From a virus (Duplodnaviria > Heunggongvirae > Uroviricota > Caudoviricetes): DNA of 42,980 bases. Within the stretch, counting starts at the first letter, position 1; each line of letters opens with the position of its first letter. The stretch lies in the IMG/VR virus record IMGVR_UViG_2923355181_000001. The stretch is one strand, 5' to 3'. Shown here piece by piece: positions 7,910 through 17,701 of this stretch. The position numbers were made by a program, and so were the translations under genes. Below the pieces are notes generated by a model. That model worked only from the letters and a program-made list of their open reading frames with translations, did not search any database and was not told where the DNA came from.

Positions 7910-8661
7910 ACATCCTCCCGTTACTTGATAGACCCATAGCCTTCCAGAGAAGTTTTATCCGTCTTGAAATGGGCGTGACTGCCGCATTGTTTCTGTCGCA
8001 GTTGACGTACTGGACAAACAGAACAACTGACGACGGCTGGGTATATAAAACCCAGGATGAGTGGGAAGAGGAAACAGGGCTTTCACGATACGAGCAGGAG
8101 GGCGCGCGCAAAAAACTACGTGGTCTCGGCGTCTTGCTGGAACGTAAACAGGGCTTGCCTGCCAGGCTGTACTACAAAATCGATAATGATGTGTTGTGCC
8201 AGCTACTTACGTCCGCATACAAGGATGCGGAAAAACCACATACAGGTGAGGGGAAAACCACCAGGCCTGTACGTGGAAAACCAACAAACATTCTTACAGA
8301 GAATACTACAGAGATTATTACTGATGGTGAATCGGCTGACGCCGACACCCAACAACCTGCCGACCAGAGAATAAATTATCAGGTGATACTCGATACCTAT
8401 CACGAGATTTTGCCAGAGATGCCACCAGTGAAAATCCTCACTGACGGCAGAAAAAAACACCTTCGCACTTTCTGGAAAAAATTCAATTTCAATGAGTCCC
8501 GTTGGCGGGCCTATCTGGAATTTATCGGTGGCAATTGTCGCTGGATGCTGGAGGACAGGCCAAATGGCAGGGGAGGATTCTGGCGGCGTAAAAATCTTGA
8601 TTATCTGATTACCGAACGCTGCTATGTTTCGGTCAAGGAAGAACGCGCAAATGATAAATAA
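7906..8661 (+). CDS. phage replication initiation / replisome-organiser protein
   Basis: 251-aa ORF directly upstream of and overlapping a DnaB-type helicase gene; ATGA coupling with upstream ORF. Confidence 0.55.
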   Translation: MNILPLLDRPIAFQRSFIRLEMGVTAALFLSQLTYWTNRTTDDGWVYKTQDEWEEETGLSRYEQEGARKKLRGLGVLLERKQGLPARLYYKIDNDVLCQLLTSAYKDAEKPHTGEGKTTRPVRGKPTNILTENTTEIITDGESADADTQQPADQRINYQVILDTYHEILPEMPPVKILTDGRKKHLRTFWKKFNFNESRWRAYLEFIGGNCRWMLEDRPNGRGGFWRRKNLDYLITERCYVSVKEERANDK

Positions 8662-10066
8662 CGCGATTGCACTGTACAGCGTTGACGCAGAACAGGCTGT
8701 TCTGGGCTGTCTGATGCTGAATACCGACCACGACAGAACCAATGCGGTATTTGCGTTACTGAAACCGGAAACGTTTTATATCAATGCGCATCAGGTTATC
8801 TACCGGGAGATCAAAGGATTATTTCAAGCTGATAAACCAACTGACCTGATAACACTGACCGAACTGATGGAATCGAAGGGGCTGTATGAGCGCGTGGGGG
8901 GATTCGCATACCTGGCTGAAATGAGTAAGGCGGCGATTCCGGCCTCAATGGTCAACTACGCGAAAATTGTACGTGAAAAAGCCATTCTTCGTTATGCCGT
9001 GGAAAAGTTGAATTCTTGTCTGGAGATTATGATCCAGCCTGCAGATATGACTGCTACTGACAGGATCACCGCCGTTCAGCAAGTGATTGGGCAGGTGGCC
9101 GAACATTCCCGTACCGGGCATAAGGGCGGTTTGCGTCCGGCAAGTGAAGTCGTCGATGACTGGATAGATGACCTTGAGCGCCGTTTCAATGATCCAGCAC
9201 ATGCAGCCGGACTAACGCTCGGAATCGAAAGCCTTGATCGCTTAATGGCACCAAAGCAGGCGTTAAGAGGTTCATTGGTCGTTATTGGTGCCCGGCCAAA
9301 AATGGGCAAGACAGCCGCGTTTAATAAAATTGCGGTGCATTTTGCTCTGAATCATCGTTTGCCGACGCTGGTATTTAGCCTGGAAATGACTGACAGAAGT
9401 CTCATTGAACGCATGGTTGCGCAGGAAGCAAAGGTCAATTCGGAGATTTTTTATCTTGGCCCTAACGATGAATCTGAATTGAGTCTCGCAATAGCAAAGG
9501 CGGGGGAGATTGCCGAATCCAACATGATGATTGACAGCACGGCAGGTGTAACCCTTGCGCATATTGTCGCTGAATGTCGAAAAGTTAAACGGATGCGTGG
9601 CTCGGTTGGCCTGGTGGCAATTGACTATTTGACGCTGATGAAGACCGAATCGGCAGAGCGTAGGGATATTGCGTATGGCGATATCACAACCGGTTTGAAG
9701 AACCTGGCAAAAGAGCTGGATTGTGTTGTGGTCCTGCTGACGCAACTCAACCGAAAGCTTGAAGAACGTGCCGATAAGCGGCCTAACCCGAGCGACAGTA
9801 AAGATACCGGGCAGATCGAACAAGATTGCGATGTCTGGATTGGCCTCTATCGTGATGCTGTTTATAACGAAAATGCCGACCCAAATCTCATGGAAATGTT
9901 GCTACGTCTGAACCGCGAAGGACCATCGGGAACAGCCTATGCCCTGATGAAAAATGGCTCAGTTATTGATATCAGCGATGAGGAGGTTTATCGCCTTACC
10001 AACGACCGCTCAGAAAAAAATAAACGTTATTCCCGTAGCGATAATTCTCGCACAAATGAATTTTAA
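8651..10066 (+). CDS. replicative DNA helicase, DnaB family
   Basis: Walker A GARPKMGKTA; N-terminal DAEQAVLGCLMLN typical of DnaB; ATG 8651 overlaps upstream stop (track ORF starts 8624). Confidence 0.88.
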   Translation: MINNAIALYSVDAEQAVLGCLMLNTDHDRTNAVFALLKPETFYINAHQVIYREIKGLFQADKPTDLITLTELMESKGLYERVGGFAYLAEMSKAAIPASMVNYAKIVREKAILRYAVEKLNSCLEIMIQPADMTATDRITAVQQVIGQVAEHSRTGHKGGLRPASEVVDDWIDDLERRFNDPAHAAGLTLGIESLDRLMAPKQALRGSLVVIGARPKMGKTAAFNKIAVHFALNHRLPTLVFSLEMTDRSLIERMVAQEAKVNSEIFYLGPNDESELSLAIAKAGEIAESNMMIDSTAGVTLAHIVAECRKVKRMRGSVGLVAIDYLTLMKTESAERRDIAYGDITTGLKNLAKELDCVVVLLTQLNRKLEERADKRPNPSDSKDTGQIEQDCDVWIGLYRDAVYNENADPNLMEMLLRLNREGPSGTAYALMKNGSVIDISDEEVYRLTNDRSEKNKRYSRSDNSRTNEF

Positions 10067-10104
10067 CCACGCCTGACCAGCGTGAAATAACCGAGGAAAG
10101 ACCA

Positions 10105-10515
10105 ATGACCACCACTCCAGGCAAATTAGAGTACCCGTCGGACAAAGGACACATAGACGACGGTAAAAACTATCTCGACGTCATTTTGTGGAATATGAAC
10201 GTCGGGCCACGTGCGCGCACTCGCGCGGTTTTTGTGCCAAGACCTAAAGCAGGCAATTTTTCAACCCCTGCTAAGCCTGCCCGTCAGGCATCCGTAGCCG
10301 CAGCGCCAGCAGTGAAACGTAAGGGCAAAACGCACACCGGGATCGCGATTCGCAGAAATGGTGAGCGGCAAGTGAAACTCCACGAAACAGCGACAACCTG
10401 GTGTGCCTCACCGCATGAAACTTACGACAAGATAACCGGGCAGCGCATTGGCGCGCCTGGTCGCTGCCGCCTGCTGCTGAGTTCCATCACTCCGATAGCA
10501 AAGAAAGGGGCGTGA
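10105..10515 (+). CDS. hypothetical protein
   Basis: 136-aa ORF preceded by second copy of the CACGCCTGACCAGCGT...CCGAGGAAAGACCA-ATG cassette. Confidence 0.5.
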   Translation: MTTTPGKLEYPSDKGHIDDGKNYLDVILWNMNVGPRARTRAVFVPRPKAGNFSTPAKPARQASVAAAPAVKRKGKTHTGIAIRRNGERQVKLHETATTWCASPHETYDKITGQRIGAPGRCRLLLSSITPIAKKGA

Positions 10516-10516
10516 T

Positions 10517-10753
10517 ATGGCCGGGCAATCAGATTACCTGCCGCCCGGCTTACCACACAACCGCGCCAAATGGCCCCAGGAATACCAGCTTAAAGAGCAC
10601 TACGACATGCGAGCGGCGGCGCTGATCCGCCAACTCTTTGAGAAACGTATTCCGAGGGGAAGCGTGATTGAGCAAATCGGAATGACGCCAGATACGTACC
10701 GGGAATTTTTCAGAGAGCGTCTGAACTACTGGAGAGGGGTGATGGAACAATGA
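10517..10753 (+). CDS. hypothetical protein
   Basis: 78-aa ORF, start 2 nt after upstream stop. Confidence 0.45.
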   Translation: MAGQSDYLPPGLPHNRAKWPQEYQLKEHYDMRAAALIRQLFEKRIPRGSVIEQIGMTPDTYREFFRERLNYWRGVMEQ

Positions 10754-11061
10754 AATACAAACGGTGGGTGCGTGCGGAAGTCGTAATCATCAAACAATGT
10801 GCGGGCAGCATGACAGTTGAACGTATAGGGCAGCTTATTGGCAGAACCGGTGCAGCGGTACGCACAAAAGCGCGCGAGCTGAAAATCTGTATGTATCTGC
10901 GGGGTAATTATCACCAGTCAGTGAAATACCTCCAGGAAGATATCGAGCTGGCAAGGGAATTACATCAGTCGGGTATTAATCGCCAGGATATCGCAGAAAA
11001 ACTCGAAATGCCGATCGGAGCGGTGAATCAGTTTGTTTATTTTGAGCGGAGAATTTCATGA
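10750..11061 (+). CDS. hypothetical protein, possible DNA-binding
   Basis: 103-aa ORF with ATGA overlap to upstream gene. Confidence 0.45.
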   Translation: MKYKRWVRAEVVIIKQCAGSMTVERIGQLIGRTGAAVRTKARELKICMYLRGNYHQSVKYLQEDIELARELHQSGINRQDIAEKLEMPIGAVNQFVYFERRIS

Positions 11062-11282
11062 AAGAACTTTTTCTTGCATTTGTGCCCCGGTTTATTAATG
11101 ACCAGATCGCACTGACTGATAATGGTGAACAATATGAAATTGCCTGCAGCATGGTGGATGTGAATCCTGGCGAACGGTATGACGCGATGTGTGACCTGAA
11201 AATATTTACCTGGCTGGGTTGGGCTATTCCGTGTGGAGAACCAACCAATATTCGTCCGTTTGAGAGCAGGGAGGCTGTATGA
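11058..11282 (+). CDS. hypothetical protein
   Basis: 74-aa ORF with ATGA overlap. Confidence 0.4.
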   Translation: MKELFLAFVPRFINDQIALTDNGEQYEIACSMVDVNPGERYDAMCDLKIFTWLGWAIPCGEPTNIRPFESREAV

Positions 11283-11395
11283 GTGAATTGAAAATACGTC
11301 GCAAGGCAATAGCACGCGTTAAAAATCTATTACCAGTGCCTGTCAAATATCGTTTTTGTGGTGGGAATGTACGGATTGGTACGGATGTATGGTGA
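11279..11395 (+). CDS. possible small ORF (38 aa)
   Basis: ATG overlaps upstream stop (ATGA); below the 60-aa track cutoff. Confidence 0.2.
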   Translation: MSELKIRRKAIARVKNLLPVPVKYRFCGGNVRIGTDVW

Positions 11396-11469
11396 TTGCG
11401 GAGTGACGTAAAACGAATCGTTGTGGGTGTAATATCGTCAATATCATTGGTTTCCCGGAGGGAAAGGAC

Positions 11470-11691
11470 ATGTTTGGCGATAAACTGGAGTTACCACGGA
11501 ACGGGCGGATAGTGCTCTATATTTCAGATTACAAAGTAACCCGGGCTGAGGTGTTGGAACCGGAAAAACATCTGGTCACGTTACCGGACATTATTGAGTT
11601 GTATAAGCGGGTCGGATATGTGGACTTGCATCGCGATGATGTTCCCGTTGAGTGTATGGAATGTGAACACCGGAGGTTTGAAGTTGATTGA
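11470..11691 (+). CDS. hypothetical protein
   Basis: 73-aa ORF with strong RBS GGAGGGAAAGG. Confidence 0.5.
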   Translation: MFGDKLELPRNGRIVLYISDYKVTRAEVLEPEKHLVTLPDIIELYKRVGYVDLHRDDVPVECMECEHRRFEVD

Positions 11692-11963
11692 ATTGACTTA
11701 GAAAAAGTCCGGGGCTATAGTTTCCGCGCAGCCGCAAAATCGGTTGCCGGGATTGGCGTCCCGGATATCTAAGTGACGCATAGCCGCGTTAGCGGTTTTT
11801 TTATGTGTTAGGCACGGCCACATTCGCATTATGGTGGGCTGTGTGGGGGCTTCTGTGGAAGCGCCGGGTTCACTTAGCCGGTTACGCCAACCCTGCACAG
11901 CTCACCACCAGATGATTGGCGTCGCTGGTGGTGATGAAAAAAACACTAAGTGAGGCCACTGCG

Positions 11964-12752
11964 ATGACAGTCCAAATATCTGCGGAATCCCTTTCTCCGC
12001 TACATCATAACCAACTTCCCGTCATCACTACTGAATTGCTTGCCAGTTTGTATGGCACGGAAGTAAATGGTATCCAGCAAAACTTCAAGCGCAACATCGC
12101 CAGATTTGTCGTAGGAAAGCATTTTTTTAAGCTGGAAGGTAATGAATTACGCGACTTCAAAAACAGACTGACAGATAGTCAGTCAGTTGCTAAACATACC
12201 CGATCCCTCATTCTCTGGACAGAACGCGGCGCAGCTCGCCATGCCAAAATGCTGGAAACAGAACAGGCCTGGGAAGTTTTCGAAAAGCTGGAAGATTGTT
12301 ATTTTAGCCAGCGTCCAGAGAGGCGGAGTACAACTACCGATGACCGTACTCCCTTGCGTGATGCCGTTAATATACTGGTCGGCAAGAAAGGCATGATGTA
12401 TCCCGATGCCTACACCATGATTCATCAACGCTTCGCCGTCTCTCACATAGAACAACTGTCACAGACGCAAATGTTAGAGGCGATTGAATACATCCACTGC
12501 CTGCTACTCGATGAAAATCACCCAACCATTCCAGATTTTTCTTTTATCACCACTATCAAAAATGGAAAAGTGACCGGGATGCGCCATGTTGCCAAAGGCG
12601 AACATCTGATGACCTTTGACGCTTTCAAAGAGATCGCTGAGCGGGCAGGGTATCTGGTGATCCACAGCGACAATCTGCGAAGTATGACACTGGATAAATT
12701 GATGGTAATGGGGAAAAAGTCGGCTATATCCGTTGCTAATTCAGCATTTTGA
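11964..12752 (+). CDS. phage antirepressor-like protein (ORF6N/KilA-type)
   Basis: Track ORF starts TTG 11916; ATG 11964 preceded by GAGG; N-terminal region resembles antirepressor N-domains. Confidence 0.55.
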   Translation: MTVQISAESLSPLHHNQLPVITTELLASLYGTEVNGIQQNFKRNIARFVVGKHFFKLEGNELRDFKNRLTDSQSVAKHTRSLILWTERGAARHAKMLETEQAWEVFEKLEDCYFSQRPERRSTTTDDRTPLRDAVNILVGKKGMMYPDAYTMIHQRFAVSHIEQLSQTQMLEAIEYIHCLLLDENHPTIPDFSFITTIKNGKVTGMRHVAKGEHLMTFDAFKEIAERAGYLVIHSDNLRSMTLDKLMVMGKKSAISVANSAF

Positions 12753-12776
12753 CAGGTTGTTTGGGGCGGAAATACT

Positions 12777-12848
12777 CTATTTGCGCTTAAAAAGGTATTT
12801 GACCACGACCAGCACGAGACCGAATACCTCTGTCAAAGTACCGCCCAT
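12777..12848 (-). pseudogene. orphan 3'-terminal fragment (23 codons + stop) of the membrane-protein gene at 16200-16805
   Basis: Minus strand encodes MGGTLTEVFGLVLVVVKYLFKRK*, one conservative change from the C-terminus of the 201-aa protein; about 90% nt identity over about 72 bp to 16200-16271. Confidence 0.75.
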
Positions 12849-12926
12849 ATAAAACAGTTACATATGCACTTGATGACTAAGCTGGCACCAGGTTAACACC
12901 TGGCGCCAGCTTGAAGGAGACTTCAG

Positions 12927-13850
12927 TTATTGGTTTCTGAGGAAAGCGATTCTTGAAAGGGTCATTTGCGTCTGGCAGTCGACCATTTTCTTGACTTCAG
13001 CATCTGTTCCCTGCATTGAAACTTTACCGCACATAGCATCCTTAGTTTTGATCCACTGACGCTGAGAAGGCAGCAAATCTTTTTTCTTCGCCGGGGTTAA
13101 CTTGCTCCAGACGGTACTCAAATCAGAGTCGGCATTCGCAAATGCCATTCGGGACTGATCAAGGTTGTCAGCTTTTTGCGGCTGAAGTTGTGCCTGTCTC
13201 TCTATTTGCTTCTCCGCCTCATACTTAGCCTGTTCTTGCGCCCTGAGTTGCACCTGTTGTTCCGCTTCAATTTGACTCTGTTGGGCATCCTTAGCCTGCT
13301 GGATTTTCTGCTGCTCAACGATCGGGGTGATAATGGAAAGCGATGTCAGTAAAGCGGCGCCCACTGATATCGGATTATCAGTAGAGGTTTTTACAAAAAC
13401 GTTTTTCTGATCGTCGGTCGCCTGCACGGTGTAGGTGATACGTTTTGAAAAGGCGTTTGCGTTGTTCTCCAAAAACAGGCTTTCCATTTGCTTATCGAGA
13501 TTACGATTAAAATTCTTTCTGTAAGCATCTGAAAGCTGGACGTACTCGTTCGCAGATAGAGTCATCGTCACGGTCCCTTCACAAGTTTTCATTGTGCTGC
13601 CCGTGTCACTTGATGTTGTGGAGATCTCAGAGATGGCTAGTTTGATCTTGTCCAGTGTGCTTCGTTTGGTCTGATTAGTGACATCAGGGTATTTATCGAC
13701 CTGTTCAGAGAGTCCTTCATAAGCAGATTTTTTTAATAAATCCATGAGAGCTGACTGGGTTATTTCCGAAGAACAACCGATCTCATCTTTTTTGTTATCA
13801 CAGCCTGTAAGGGCAATGGCGAGTAAGAGTACTGAGTATTTTAATCTCAT
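12927..13850 (-). CDS. lipoprotein with possible C-terminal DUF1311 (LprI-like) domain
   Basis: Signal peptide and lipobox MRLKYSVLLLAIALTGC; coiled-coil Q/E-rich middle; C-terminal QRQWIKTKDAMCG...VDCQ...TLSRIAFL pattern. Confidence 0.55.
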   Translation of the reverse strand: MRLKYSVLLLAIALTGCDNKKDEIGCSSEITQSALMDLLKKSAYEGLSEQVDKYPDVTNQTKRSTLDKIKLAISEISTTSSDTGSTMKTCEGTVTMTLSANEYVQLSDAYRKNFNRNLDKQMESLFLENNANAFSKRITYTVQATDDQKNVFVKTSTDNPISVGAALLTSLSIITPIVEQQKIQQAKDAQQSQIEAEQQVQLRAQEQAKYEAEKQIERQAQLQPQKADNLDQSRMAFANADSDLSTVWSKLTPAKKKDLLPSQRQWIKTKDAMCGKVSMQGTDAEVKKMVDCQTQMTLSRIAFLRNQ

Positions 13851-15038
13851 GAATTCCCTTTAGAGTAAGGATTGGTTTTTAAGACGCGGTCTGTAATCAG
13901 TCCCGAGAGCTACAGTAAACAACGCTGAGCACTGAACGCATCACAGGTAAGGTAAAAGGTGATATCGGCAAAGGCTGTGAAACCTTTAATTCAACAGATG
14001 GGAACGGTATGCGCAGGATCCTGTAACGACGCTCCCAAAACCGGAAACCTGTAAGGCATGTTTTCGCTGCTGAACTTAATATACGAACCTGCACTATCAT
14101 GAACATATTTTATATCGTTATACCCCGAGTGATTGTGCCCGGCAATGGATAGTGTCCTGGAGGAACTATTTCTACTGTAAAAGGTAGATATTTAATTTCA
14201 GTTTTGAATTATTCCCTGCTGTTAATAACAATGGCTGTATATGGCACCGAGTAGGCATTTTTTCGCTTACTGAAGGGCAGCTGTGAGCGAGGAACAGACT
14301 TTCCCTACTTCGTTGAGAGTACACCTAGTACAATCAAGGCTAAATGATAAAAATATACAAAATATCATATTTATGATATATATAATGGCATTAATCTTAT
14401 TCTTGGATTACGTTGAAAGGGTAATATTATATTTGTGTAACATAGTTTAGATAACAATGCCGTTATGGGGGGGGGAAAGACATTTCAACATATTAGCTTT
14501 GTATCTAACGCTCATGTAGATCTCGATTTTGAACTTAAAGAACAATTATTTTTTAGAGAGCAAGGTATTTTTGGGGAACAAAAACATAAAGTAATGGAGA
14601 GAGGAGAATGTATCAAAAAATCATCGATTTAATTTAGATTGTCCGTATAGTTGGGGGTAAGTCGAATCGCTGGGCTACATGGAATATTGTGTCAAGTAAA
14701 AATATATTTCAATCTTGCAATAACCGATTGTTGAAAATAATGTCAAATCTTAATGGTGAATGGGGAGAATATAATAAACATGAGTCGATATTATGCAAAT
14801 GGATTTAAATATTTTATACCCGAAGACATAGGGTTTCGAGAGTTCGATGAGACTACTTTGAATGCTTTCGAATTTGCTGGCTAAAACATATAGGTTATAT
14901 CTTACATCTGTTTGTAATGGAGCGTAGATGCGACAAGCTACACCATAATAATCATATTATGATATATTGTTAAGTTGTTATGGCATTAAATAAAATTATG
15001 TCATTTTGTTAACCAAGCAAGAATCAAAGGACTTTTAG

Positions 15039-15737
15039 ATGGGTACGGCATTAATTTCAAGCTTTATTAGTGGTGCAATAGCTATAATCTCTATTGCTAT
15101 ATCTACTTATAATCAGAATAGAATAAACAAGCTCAATGAATCACTGGATGTAAGGAGAAAACATCAGTACTATATTGAACCGTTAATTCGCTCAGCTTCA
15201 GACTTACAAAGCCGTATTTATAATATATTAGAATTGGGGTTCATTGAAGAGTTTTATCATAATGGGAATAAGCGCCAACAAGATTATGTTATCAACAATA
15301 CTGTTTTTCTTTTTTCCCAGTTTTTTGCATGGACAGAAGCTGCCCGCATAGACATTCAATACCTTAGCCTAGAAAAAAATAAAAAAATGAGGGAGTTTAT
15401 TAGATTACAGAACAATATTAACTCATTAATCCAAACAGACGTCTTTGGTCAGTATTTTATGTTTTTCATAGGAGAGCAGAGAGCTATTGCAGAAAAGATG
15501 CTGATATCAACAGATACTGGATTTGATTGCATAGGTTACGGCAGTTTCACAAAGGAAAATTGCTTTATCAATGAGCCATTTTTTTTAGATTTAAACAATG
15601 AAGTGATAAATATGACAAGAGATATCGGAATTTATAAAGAAAGGCTAATCAGAATACAGCACGCGTTAATCGATTTAATTAATTTTCTTGATCCTGGCAT
15701 GATTCGATTTGACGGAAAAAAATATGGAAAAATATAA
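15039..15737 (+). CDS. hypothetical membrane-anchored protein in strongly AT-rich cargo
   Basis: 232-aa ORF, AAAGGA RBS, N-terminal hydrophobic helix ALISSFISGAIAIISIAISTY; codon usage and GC far below flanking phage genes. Confidence 0.6.
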   Translation: MGTALISSFISGAIAIISIAISTYNQNRINKLNESLDVRRKHQYYIEPLIRSASDLQSRIYNILELGFIEEFYHNGNKRQQDYVINNTVFLFSQFFAWTEAARIDIQYLSLEKNKKMREFIRLQNNINSLIQTDVFGQYFMFFIGEQRAIAEKMLISTDTGFDCIGYGSFTKENCFINEPFFLDLNNEVINMTRDIGIYKERLIRIQHALIDLINFLDPGMIRFDGKKYGKI

Positions 15738-15921
15738 CCCAGATGATTCGTATCAAGGTAAGTTGCTATATGTATCAATTTAATTATGGTTGGGTGAAAT
15801 TTATGTTAATAGTAGCGGAGGGTTAGTTAAAATATGCTCTCAGTGATTTTTGGATAGTTCTTTTATTTATCATTGAAAGTAAATATGTATAGCTTCAAGA
15901 TTTACAAGTGAATCTGTTTAT

Positions 15922-15955
15922 TGACAGTCCGCTTATGGCACAGAGCGGACTGTCA
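15922..15955 (+). terminator. 12-bp perfect inverted repeat, candidate terminator or protein site
   Basis: TGACAGTCCGCT-N10-AGCGGACTGTCA followed by A/T-rich sequence. Confidence 0.3.
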
Positions 15956-16199
15956 TATTAAATTTGGCTCCACGCCATAGATGTGTCAGCTCATATCTTA
16001 TCTAATACACACAATAACTTTCTCATTCTTGGAGAATTATTTTTTTAAGGGTAGGTGTTGACGTTAGAGCAAAAGAATGGTGATTTTTTTGATGTGTATT
16101 ACGTTGGAACTGATGGGAATAACTATCTGTTTTCAACGCACTGCTAATTTATCAAGGCCCTTTGATCAGGGCCTTCGAAAGACTGTTGGACCGAGAGAG

Positions 16200-16805
16200 T
16201 TACTTGCGTTTAAAAAGGTATTTTGTCACGACCAGCACGAGGCCGAATACCTCTGTCAAAGTACCGCCCATGTACAACTGTAGTGTTAAATCCTCAAATT
16301 CCAGCTTACCTGCGCCGTCGGCAATAAATACACCATTCATTATCAGAAGTTGGAAAGCAAGGATAATCAGGAACCATTTCCCGTATCGTTTTTTTAGAGC
16401 GATTTCTGCTTCAAAATCTTTGTTGTTGAGTTGTTTGCGCTCATGCTCGGTATCAAGTGAATTCACCTGTTTCACAGATGTGAACTCGGTCAAGATTTTA
16501 CTCTCAGTACGGGTGACTTGTTGAGAGGGTGTAGCAGTTGGAATTCTTTTGCTAGACGCAGCTACAGCCATTTTGCGAGCTTCGGCAGCTCTTTTTCTGG
16601 CTATTCCGCGAATACGGACAGCCGTTTTTTTGGGGGCGTGCGAAACCTTTGGCTGAGGTGAAGCTTCGTCAGGAGACTGAACCGGAGTTTCATCGTCCTC
16701 CGGCTCAACCTCTTCTGCTAACTGACGGTGTAGGTTGAGGGAATCCTTCAGTCTGCGTGCTACTTCCTGTTTGAAACGGCTGTTAAAATCGTCATCCGAT
16801 GGCAT
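16200..16805 (-). CDS. hypothetical membrane protein with charged N-terminal region and C-terminal hydrophobic hairpin
   Basis: 201-aa ORF immediately downstream of the ImmA-like gene on the same strand; C-terminal WFLIILAFQLLIMNGVFIA...VFGLVLVVTKYLF hydrophobic. Confidence 0.6.
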   Translation of the reverse strand: MPSDDDFNSRFKQEVARRLKDSLNLHRQLAEEVEPEDDETPVQSPDEASPQPKVSHAPKKTAVRIRGIARKRAAEARKMAVAASSKRIPTATPSQQVTRTESKILTEFTSVKQVNSLDTEHERKQLNNKDFEAEIALKKRYGKWFLIILAFQLLIMNGVFIADGAGKLEFEDLTLQLYMGGTLTEVFGLVLVVTKYLFKRK

Positions 16806-16814
16806 TTTAAAGCG

Positions 16815-17303
16815 TTACCCCAACCTCAAGTTCTTTAAACGATAAGTCATCGCATCGTCAGATACGCCAAAATAATGCGCCATTATATAACTTGGTTGAC
16901 CGTCAGCGTGCAGTTTTCTGACCTCATCTACCGGCATCAGAAGTTCTGCTGCGAACTTGTTTGCAAAAATTTCATCAGGATGCGTTCCGGCGCTTGCGGT
17001 TTCGCCACGTAAATCAACGTACTCATATTCATCGCTATGCGATGCTTGCCGGGCGATGTAATGCCCCAACTCATGCCCACATGAAAAACGTTGACGAACT
17101 TTGTTGTCATCACTGTTTAGAAAGATCGCTGGATCTTGATCTTTTTGTTTAATCAGTGCGCCAGAAACTTTCCCAGGAAGATCGGTAATAAAAACATCTA
17201 ATCCCATGTCGTGAGCAATTTTCGCTGGATCAACAGGGAAACCACGCCCGCACCAGAACGTGTCCAGCACTCGCCGGGCGTGCTCTCTTGGGTTGGTAGC
17301 CAT
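16815..17303 (-). CDS. ImmA/IrrE-family (COG2856-like) zinc metallopeptidase
   Basis: 162-aa ORF with HEXXH motif (SCGHELGHYIA); strong RBS GGAGGAG. Confidence 0.65.
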   Translation of the reverse strand: MATNPREHARRVLDTFWCGRGFPVDPAKIAHDMGLDVFITDLPGKVSGALIKQKDQDPAIFLNSDDNKVRQRFSCGHELGHYIARQASHSDEYEYVDLRGETASAGTHPDEIFANKFAAELLMPVDEVRKLHADGQPSYIMAHYFGVSDDAMTYRLKNLRLG

Positions 17304-17679
17304 AGCTCCTCCAGTTACTGCATTACGATTATTGGTTGAAATATAGACAGCATGTTCCGTACCACATTCCTGTAAAAGTGCAAATTCTGCACTTCTGGTA
17401 CGATATTAACTGTTAGTAGTAAAGTCTTCCAGATAAATCACTTTAAAATCTTGTGAATTGCTTGCTTTTTACGCTGTATTGTGGATGGTTCAATGTTTCC
17501 AGTAAAAACATACATGATAATCATGAGTTTAGTGTTTTTTTAGGCGTCTATATGTTTCTGGAAAATACAGGTCTAACCTGATCTTATCGTTGAGATTTTT
17601 TGTACTCAGTATGCGTGAACGATTCGACCAGGTGACTGTGTACGTGAAGAAGACCGCCCTTAATATTTTAAATGTGCAA

Positions 17680-17700
17680 CCCCTCAGAAGAGGGGCTACT
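17680..17700 (-). terminator. hairpin terminator after the 77-aa gene
   Basis: CCCCTC-agaa-GAGGGG directly 3' of the gene stop, followed on the minus strand by a U-containing tract. Confidence 0.4.
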
Positions 17701-17701
17701 C

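Noticed and set aside
12183-12455. ORFs inside the antirepressor gene on both strands
   Set aside because: Embedded in the longer, better-supported antirepressor ORF.
13897-14106. 69-aa minus-strand ORF in AT-rich spacer
   Set aside because: No RBS; more likely promoter/spacer DNA for the lipoprotein gene.
16077-16524. Plus-strand ORFs (68 and 120 aa) overlapping the 201-aa membrane-protein gene
   Set aside because: Antisense to a gene with a coherent product; one covers the duplicated repeat.
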